64,000 nt of DNA from Rhodospirillaceae bacterium (lineage in GTDB: Bacteria > Pseudomonadota > Alphaproteobacteria > Dongiales > Dongiaceae). Shown here one piece after another: positions 58,037-64,000 of the stretch. Position 1 is the first letter of the stretch; the number at the start of each line of letters is the position of its first letter. Both the position numbers and the translations under genes were made by a program. Location of the stretch: positions 26 through 64,025 of the forward strand of contig JAEUKV010000043.1 in assembly GCA_016794165.1 (NCBI GenBank), written 5' to 3'. The notes beneath the pieces are model-generated. The model had not been told where the DNA came from, searched no databases, and saw only the letters and a program-made list of their open reading frames with translations.

Positions 58037-58981
58037 TCAATCGATCCTTCGGGGCGGTCGCTCCGGCAGGATGCCCCTGGCGAAGCGTTGCAGCACGACG
58101 ATCAGCAAAACGCCGATGAGGAGCGCGCGCAGATAGGACGAACGCGTGATCCACTCGGCCGGCAGGCGATTGGTGAAGAGCTCCGTCCCCGACCAGATCA
58201 GCCAGACGACCAGTGCACCCAGCAGCGCCCCCCGATTGTTGCCGCTGCCACCGATGATCAGCATCACCCAAACCAGGAAGGTCGTGAGCAGCGGCTCGGT
58301 TGCGCTGGCGCCGATGAACTTGAAATACATGGCCGAGAGTGCGCCGCCAAGACCCATCACCATCGACCCGATGACGAAGGCCTCGAGCCGAAACCGTACC
58401 ACGTCCTTGCCGATCGCAGCGGCGGCCAACTCGTTGTCGCGAATGGCCCGCATGGCACGGCCCCAAGGCGACGCCCAGGCACGCTCGGCGGCAAGATAAA
58501 GTACGACGAGAATCAGCACGACCAGCAACAGGAAGGCAGCATTTCCCCAGGGCTGACCGAGGCTTTCGAACGGTCGCGGCACGGTCGAGATGCCCATGGT
58601 ACCGTTGGCGAGCCAGGTCTCGTTCTTGAACACGAGCCGGATGATCTCGGCGATGCCGATGCTCGCCATGGCGAGGTAGTCACCCTTGAGGCCGAGGCAG
58701 ATGCGCCCGATCGGCCAGGCGATCAGGCCCGAGAGCAGCATCGCCACCGGCAAGGCTGCCAAGGGCGGCCAGCCGAAGCCGCCCAGATGGTTGGCACTTT
58801 CCGGCGCTGTCAGGATCGCTGTCGTGTAGGCGCCCACGGCGAAGAACCCGGCGATGCCAGCGTTGAACAAGCCAGCAAAACCCCACTGCAGGTTGAGAGC
58901 CAATGTCAGCACGCCATAAATGCCGATCATGGTCAGTAGCGTAAGGCCATACATCAGCAGGCCGAACATGGGGATATCCAT
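58037..58981 (-). CDS. Liv-type ABC permease (LivM-like)
   Basis: LNLQWGFAGLFN.G, L.GDYLA, RAIRDNELAA, GGSGNN.G; TGATG coupling to upstream gene. Confidence 0.92.
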   Translation of the reverse strand: MDIPMFGLLMYGLTLLTMIGIYGVLTLALNLQWGFAGLFNAGIAGFFAVGAYTTAILTAPESANHLGGFGWPPLAALPVAMLLSGLIAWPIGRICLGLKGDYLAMASIGIAEIIRLVFKNETWLANGTMGISTVPRPFESLGQPWGNAAFLLLVVLILVVLYLAAERAWASPWGRAMRAIRDNELAAAAIGKDVVRFRLEAFVIGSMVMGLGGALSAMYFKFIGASATEPLLTTFLVWVMLIIGGSGNNRGALLGALVVWLIWSGTELFTNRLPAEWITRSSYLRALLIGVLLIVVLQRFARGILPERPPRRID

Positions 58982-59871
58982 CACAGTACCCGCCCCTTGA
59001 ACAGTCCCGTCGGTCGCCACACCAGCATTGCCACCATGACGAAGAAGGCGACCGCATTCTTGTAGGCCGGCGGCACCAGTGGCAATTCGCTCAGCCAGGG
59101 ATAGGTGGCGACCTCCTGGGCGATGCCGATGGCAAGCCCACCGACAATGGCACCATAGGGCCGCCCGATCCCGCCCAGGATTGCCGCGGCAAAAAGTGGC
59201 AGCAACAGATCCCAGCCGATGCTGGGGTGCAGCTTGGTATTGATGCCGGCGAACACGCCCGCCGCCGCCGCGAGCCCTCCCCCGATCAGCCAGGTCCAGC
59301 GCACGACCTTCTCTGTATCGATGCCCGAGATGCGGGCGAGATCGGCATCGTCACTCATCGCCCGCATCGCCTTGCCCATGCGGCTGCGGCTGAGAAACCA
59401 GTGCAGCGCCGCGGCAATGACCACGGAGGCGGCGATGATGATGATGTGTTTCTGCGCCAGGCGGATATCGCCAAAGAGCGGAATCGGTCGTCGGATGCCG
59501 GTTTCGTAGCTGAGGATATCGACACCCCAGAAAAGCTGGATCGCCGAACGCACCACCAGCATGACGCCAAACGAGGCGATGACGACAATAATCCCCGGCG
59601 ACCGTCGGAAGGGCCGATAGACAACGTGATCAATGCCCATACTGGCCAAAGCGCCACCCAGGATCGCAAAGGGCAACGCCGCATAAACCGACCAGCCAAG
59701 CGCGATCACAACACTATAGGCAAGATAGGCACCCAGCGTCATCACGTCGCCATGGGCGAAATGAGCAAAACGCAGGATCGCGAAGATCAGCGAGATGCCG
59801 ACCGCGCCCAGCGCATAGATGCAGCCCACCGCGACGCCCGGCAGCAGATAGAGGTTGATGAACTCGGCCAT
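58981..59871 (-). CDS. Liv-type ABC permease (LivH-like)
   Basis: YALGAVG.SL, FAHFAHGD, GKAMRAMSDD..LA..SGI, AILGGIG. Confidence 0.92.
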   Translation of the reverse strand: MAEFINLYLLPGVAVGCIYALGAVGISLIFAILRFAHFAHGDVMTLGAYLAYSVVIALGWSVYAALPFAILGGALASMGIDHVVYRPFRRSPGIIVVIASFGVMLVVRSAIQLFWGVDILSYETGIRRPIPLFGDIRLAQKHIIIIAASVVIAAALHWFLSRSRMGKAMRAMSDDADLARISGIDTEKVVRWTWLIGGGLAAAAGVFAGINTKLHPSIGWDLLLPLFAAAILGGIGRPYGAIVGGLAIGIAQEVATYPWLSELPLVPPAYKNAVAFFVMVAMLVWRPTGLFKGRVL

Positions 59872-59882
59872 GCGATCGTTCC

Positions 59883-60587
59883 TCACCCGCCCAGAAAGGA
59901 CTGGCCGATTTCGGGATTGTCGAGCAGGGCAGCTGCCGTATCCGTCAGGCGATTGCGACCGGTCGCCAGCACATAGCCGCGATGCGCGATGCTGAGTGCC
60001 TGCCGGGCGTTCTGCTCCACCAGCAGGATGCCGATTCCGGCCTGGTTGACCGCGACGATCCGCTCGAAAATCTGCTCCATCACCAGTGGCGAGAGCCCGG
60101 CCGTGGGTTCATCCAGCATCAACAGCTTTGGTTCCGCCATCAGGGCGCGGCCCACCGCTACCATCTGGCGCTGCCCACCGGAAAGTTCGCCTGCCGGCTG
60201 GCGCGCCTTTTCCTTGAGGACGGGAAACAGCGTGAACACCTGTTCCAGCATGCGCGCCAGCGTCATCGGTTTCAGGAAGGCTCCCATCTCCAGGTTTTCC
60301 AGCACGGTGAGATTGCGAAAGACGTTGCGCTCCTGGGGCACGTAGCCCATGCCAAGGCCGACCAGCGCATTGGGCAGCCGGCCGGTCACATCCTGACCGT
60401 CGAACCGGACCGATCCGGCGCGCAACTGCACCAGGCCGAAGATCGCCTTCATCGCTGTGGACTTGCCGGCCCCATTGGCGCCAATGATGACGACGATCTC
60501 GTTGGCTTCCACGGCGAGATCAACCCCATTCAGGATATCCATCCCACCATAGCCACCAACCATTCCGCTCGCCTCAAGCAGCGCCAC
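59883..60587 (-). CDS. Liv-type ABC ATPase (LivF-like)
   Basis: GANGAGKST, LSGGQRQM, LDEPTAGL, LVEQN; start approximate. Confidence 0.93.
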   Translation of the reverse strand: MALLEASGMVGGYGGMDILNGVDLAVEANEIVVIIGANGAGKSTAMKAIFGLVQLRAGSVRFDGQDVTGRLPNALVGLGMGYVPQERNVFRNLTVLENLEMGAFLKPMTLARMLEQVFTLFPVLKEKARQPAGELSGGQRQMVAVGRALMAEPKLLMLDEPTAGLSPLVMEQIFERIVAVNQAGIGILLVEQNARQALSIAHRGYVLATGRNRLTDTAAALLDNPEIGQSFLGG

Positions 60588-61380
60588 GACGCACCCCATC
60601 ATGACCCGACTTGCCACCGCCCAGATAGGCCTCGATCACCGCTTGGTCGCCGCGCACGTCGGCCATCGATCCCTGCATCAGGACCCGCCCCTCCGCCATC
60701 ACGATCACCGGATGGCACAGGCGCGCGATCAGGTCCATGTCGTGTTCGATGACGAAGAAGGTATAGCCGTGATCTCGGTTCAGCCGCTCGATTTCACCGG
60801 CGATTTCGGCCAGCAGGGTGCGATTCACGCCGGCGCCGATCTCGTCGAGCAGCACCACCTTGGGCTGCCACATCATGGTGCGCGCGAGCTCGACCAGCTT
60901 TTTCTGGCCGCCGGAAAGATTCCCGGCAAGTTCATGTTTGACGTGATCGATACGCAGCTGCGCCAGGACCTCCTCGGCACGCAGCCGGATACCCTTCTCT
61001 TCCCGCCGTACCGCCGGCCAGCGCAGCCAGGCATTGACCAGGCGCTCGCCGGATTGGCGCGCAGGCACCGCCATCAGGTTCTCCAGCACGGTCATGCGGC
61101 CGAATTCGTGGGCGATCTGGAAGGTGCGGGCGAGCCCCTTCCGGAACAGCCTGTGTGCCGGCCAACCGGTCACATCCTCGCCATCGAGCCAAACCGTTCC
61201 CTGGTCGGGCGCCAACAGACCGGCGATGATGTTGAACAGGGTCGACTTGCCCGCCCCGTTCGGTCCGATCAGGCCCGTGACCGAGCCCTTGGCCACCGCC
61301 AATGAGCAGCCGTCGACGGCCCGGATGCCGCCGAATCGTTTGACGAGATTTTCGACCTTGATCATCTGGCCCGCGATCAC
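60574..61380 (-). CDS. Liv-type ABC ATPase (LivG-like)
   Basis: FGGIRAVD, GPNGAGKST, RTFQ, LSGGQKK, LLDE, IEHDM. Confidence 0.93.
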   Translation of the reverse strand: MIAGQMIKVENLVKRFGGIRAVDGCSLAVAKGSVTGLIGPNGAGKSTLFNIIAGLLAPDQGTVWLDGEDVTGWPAHRLFRKGLARTFQIAHEFGRMTVLENLMAVPARQSGERLVNAWLRWPAVRREEKGIRLRAEEVLAQLRIDHVKHELAGNLSGGQKKLVELARTMMWQPKVVLLDEIGAGVNRTLLAEIAGEIERLNRDHGYTFFVIEHDMDLIARLCHPVIVMAEGRVLMQGSMADVRGDQAVIEAYLGGGKSGHDGVRRGAA

Positions 61381-62885
61381 TTGGGCCGCGCAGCGGAATG
61401 CTCCGGCAGATAGTTTGCAAACTCGTGCTCCACCGCCTTGGCATCGAGTGCCAGTCCGCAGGCAACGCCGGAAGCCATGCCGCCGGGATAGATTTCCTCC
61501 GCCCGGCCGCGCAGGCCCTGGATGATCGCCTCGGCAACCGCCGTCGGGCGCATCTTCATGCCTTCGAAGCCCGGCGTCATCGGTGTGTCCACGGCACCCG
61601 GCAGCACTCCCATGACATGCGTGCCCTGCTGCTTCAACTCGGCCCGCAATCCCTGCGTCAGGGACAGCAGGGCCGCCTTGGACGCGGCATAGGTCGACAT
61701 CAGCGGCAGGTTGACATGGGCCACGATGGTGATGAGGTTCACCATCGCCCCGCCGCCATTCCTTGCCAGCAGCGGCTGGAAGGCGCGGGCCATGGCGAAC
61801 GTGCCGAGATAGTTGACCTCCATCTCGTGCCGCGCGTTTTCCAGACTGCCGGGGGCGAACAGGCCCTCATTGGAATTCCATCCGGCATTGTTGACCAGCA
61901 GAGTGACGTCGGCGCAGGCCCTGGCCGCCTTGTCGATGCTGGCAGGATCCGCGACATCGAGCTGAACCGGCACCAAACGATCGGGCGCCACGGCCACCAG
62001 GGTGCGCAGGGAATCCGGATTGCGCGCCGCGCAGTACACCTTCGCCACCCCGGCGCGCAGCAGCGCGCGCACGGTTTCGCTGCCGATGCCGCCATTGGCG
62101 CCCGTCACCAGGGCGACCGCATCCTTGACGAGATCCGGACCCGAACCAAGCGCCGCCCGGGCGACGGCGCCCTTGGCCCCGTCCTGGATCAGGCCCTGGT
62201 CATAGGCCAGCACCACCCACTGGAAGCCCTGTGCCCGCCGGTCGGCGGCCATGCTGGCATAGGGCGTGAAGATGCCGCAGGTCTTCCCGGCCGCCTTCGC
62301 AGCCGCCAGCACAGACTGAACCGCAGCCTCGTGCTTCGGCCCGAAATCCGGAAAGGTGCCCAGCGACATGGAAAGATCGAATGGGCCGATGAACAGCATG
62401 TCGATACCGGGAACGGCCGCGATCTCGGCGGCGTTGGCGACCGCTTCTGCCGTCTCGATCATGACGGCGACCAGGATGTCGTCGTTGGCGCCGCCGATAT
62501 AAGCCTTGTAGTCGAGCATCGGCCGCGTTCCGCCGCCCGAGCGGCCGCCCAGAGGCGGATACTTGGCCTTGCGCACCACTGCCCTGGCCTGTGCCGCCGT
62601 ATCCACCATCGGCACGATGAGCGCACGGGCGCCGGCATCGAGGACCGAGCCGATGGCATAGTCGCTGTCATCGGCACTCCTGACGGCAGGCACCGCGCGA
62701 TGGCGGACCAGGCCCACGGCATGCTCCAGGCTGCCGCGGTCCCAGAGCCCGTGCTGCATGTCGAAAACGACGCTGTCGGGGCCGGATTCCGCCAGCAGTT
62801 CCGCAGCGGAGGGCAAGCCCAGGGTCGCCCAATGGCAGGTGACGCAGCCACCAGACGCCAGTTTCTCCTTGAGTGGGTTGCTCAT
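61377..62885 (-). CDS. Fusion of HpcH/HpaI class II aldolase domain and SDR oxidoreductase domain
   Basis: aa 1-245: DMQHG, AVR, VPMV, MIET, FIGPFDL; aa 253-502: VTGANGGIG, LVNNAG, YAASK, PGAVDT; one continuous frame. Confidence 0.9.
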   Translation of the reverse strand: MSNPLKEKLASGGCVTCHWATLGLPSAAELLAESGPDSVVFDMQHGLWDRGSLEHAVGLVRHRAVPAVRSADDSDYAIGSVLDAGARALIVPMVDTAAQARAVVRKAKYPPLGGRSGGGTRPMLDYKAYIGGANDDILVAVMIETAEAVANAAEIAAVPGIDMLFIGPFDLSMSLGTFPDFGPKHEAAVQSVLAAAKAAGKTCGIFTPYASMAADRRAQGFQWVVLAYDQGLIQDGAKGAVARAALGSGPDLVKDAVALVTGANGGIGSETVRALLRAGVAKVYCAARNPDSLRTLVAVAPDRLVPVQLDVADPASIDKAARACADVTLLVNNAGWNSNEGLFAPGSLENARHEMEVNYLGTFAMARAFQPLLARNGGGAMVNLITIVAHVNLPLMSTYAASKAALLSLTQGLRAELKQQGTHVMGVLPGAVDTPMTPGFEGMKMRPTAVAEAIIQGLRGRAEEIYPGGMASGVACGLALDAKAVEHEFANYLPEHSAARPK

Positions 62886-62886
62886 G

Positions 62887-63999
62887 CTATTGGCCGGCGC
62901 TTTCCGCCCAGCGCTTCATCAGCGTGTTGGAGGGCAACTTCTCGTCCAGGAGCTTCTTCGCAGTCTCGATTCCGGCGGTGGGCAGGTTCTTCGGATCCAA
63001 CAGGCCGATCTGCACCAGCACCGAGGCCTGGTCCCAGTAGATATGTTCGTTGTAGAGCTTGTCGCCGCGGAAACAGACGATGGCAACCAGCGGGATCTCG
63101 ACATATTTGCCCGTGGGTGCCACGCCCGGCAGCATCCAGTCGATTTCCCTGTCATGGGTAAAGCAGAACAGCATCTCGTCGACGACACGATCGGCACCTA
63201 TCGTGCGCGAGATGGGAATGAGCTTGGTGTCGGCCGGGTTCGCATTCACGAAATGGTGCTGATAGAAGCGCGAGAGGTCCTTGGCGCCCACGCCTCCGGT
63301 CATGGTCGGAATGTGGTTGACATAGGGTTCGGCCACCATCGTCGCCATGGTGGCGGCGACATCGCGCGTCGCGAACTCGTGGTAACAATGCGCATCCCAC
63401 AACGCGGAGAGATCGTAGCGCGGGCCAAGTGCCTTGCGGAACACGGCGATCGATCGCGAATGGGCCATGATCGAGGCCGGCTTGTCGAAATGCTCGCCCA
63501 TGGTGCGCGCAAAGGCGTGGTCGACTCCCGGATAGGTATAGAGTTCGATCTCCGGCCGGTCCTTCAGCGCGGCATAGATCTGGTCGCGCGCATCCTTGCC
63601 GCAATACTGGTCGAGTTCGGCAAAATGCAGCACGGTCGGGCATTTGATGTTACGAGCCTCGTCGAGCGCGCCTTCGATGCCGACACCGTAATAGCCGACC
63701 GCAGCATCGACATCGACGCGGGCCGCGGTGAGATAAGCGAGTTTTCCGCCCAGGCAATGACCGAGGACGCCGACCTTGCCGTTGCAGGCCGCATGCCGGC
63801 GCAACGCCGCCACTGTGGCGCCGATATCCTCGATGCCCGTATCGACGTCGAATTTCTGGAAAAAGCCGAACGCCTTCTGCCATTCCTCCGGCGAATAGCC
63901 CATGTCGACATTGGGCTCCATGCGCCAGAAGAGATCCGGTGCCAACACCACATAGCCTTCCTCAGCGTAGTAGTCCGCCGTTTCCCGCACATAGGCATT
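62887..63999 (-). CDS. Dienelactone hydrolase fused to SnoaL/NTF2-like domain (5'-truncated)
   Basis: GYVVLAPDLFWR, GHCLGG nucleophile elbow, YPGVDHAF; C-domain PYVNHIPT.TGG, VDEM, EHIYWDQASVL. Confidence 0.9.
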   Translation of the reverse strand, partial: NAYVRETADYYAEEGYVVLAPDLFWRMEPNVDMGYSPEEWQKAFGFFQKFDVDTGIEDIGATVAALRRHAACNGKVGVLGHCLGGKLAYLTAARVDVDAAVGYYGVGIEGALDEARNIKCPTVLHFAELDQYCGKDARDQIYAALKDRPEIELYTYPGVDHAFARTMGEHFDKPASIMAHSRSIAVFRKALGPRYDLSALWDAHCYHEFATRDVAATMATMVAEPYVNHIPTMTGGVGAKDLSRFYQHHFVNANPADTKLIPISRTIGADRVVDEMLFCFTHDREIDWMLPGVAPTGKYVEIPLVAIVCFRGDKLYNEHIYWDQASVLVQIGLLDPKNLPTAGIETAKKLLDEKLPSNTLMKRWAESAGQ

Positions 64000-64000
64000 G

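Noticed and set aside
1-64000. rRNA, tRNA, IS elements, integrases, prophage or defence genes
   Set aside because: None recognised by eye; a tRNAscan/Infernal run would be needed to exclude small RNAs fully

Overview
GC-rich alphaproteobacterial chromosome segment (Rhodospirillales-like by gene content; inference) with about 65 CDS. It is mostly core genome: tex, rnr, rpmG, sodB, yajC-secD-secF, psd-pssA, icd, folE, alaS, moaA, NAD kinase, argE, speB, hisI, kynB-kynU. Accessory modules are a complete bufferin-type RiPP locus (DUF2282/DUF692/DUF2063/DoxX) with divergent SigF-NrsF and two visible GTAACA-N15/16-CGTA promoters, a Crp regulator plus RND pair, and amine/amino-acid catabolic genes. 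At the right end is a tightly coupled operon: dienelactone-hydrolase/SnoaL fusion, an unusual HpcH-aldolase/SDR fusion, and a Liv-type ABC transporter whose probable binding protein (with a haloacid dehalogenase) is encoded convergently. Non-coding highlights are three tandem covarying hairpins in the speB leader, a perfect CtrA box before a 62-aa membrane protein, and an inverted REP-like pair after tex. No rRNA, tRNA, CRISPR array, IS or integrase was seen. All assignments come from motif recognition by eye; no database searches were run, and several start codons are best estimates.
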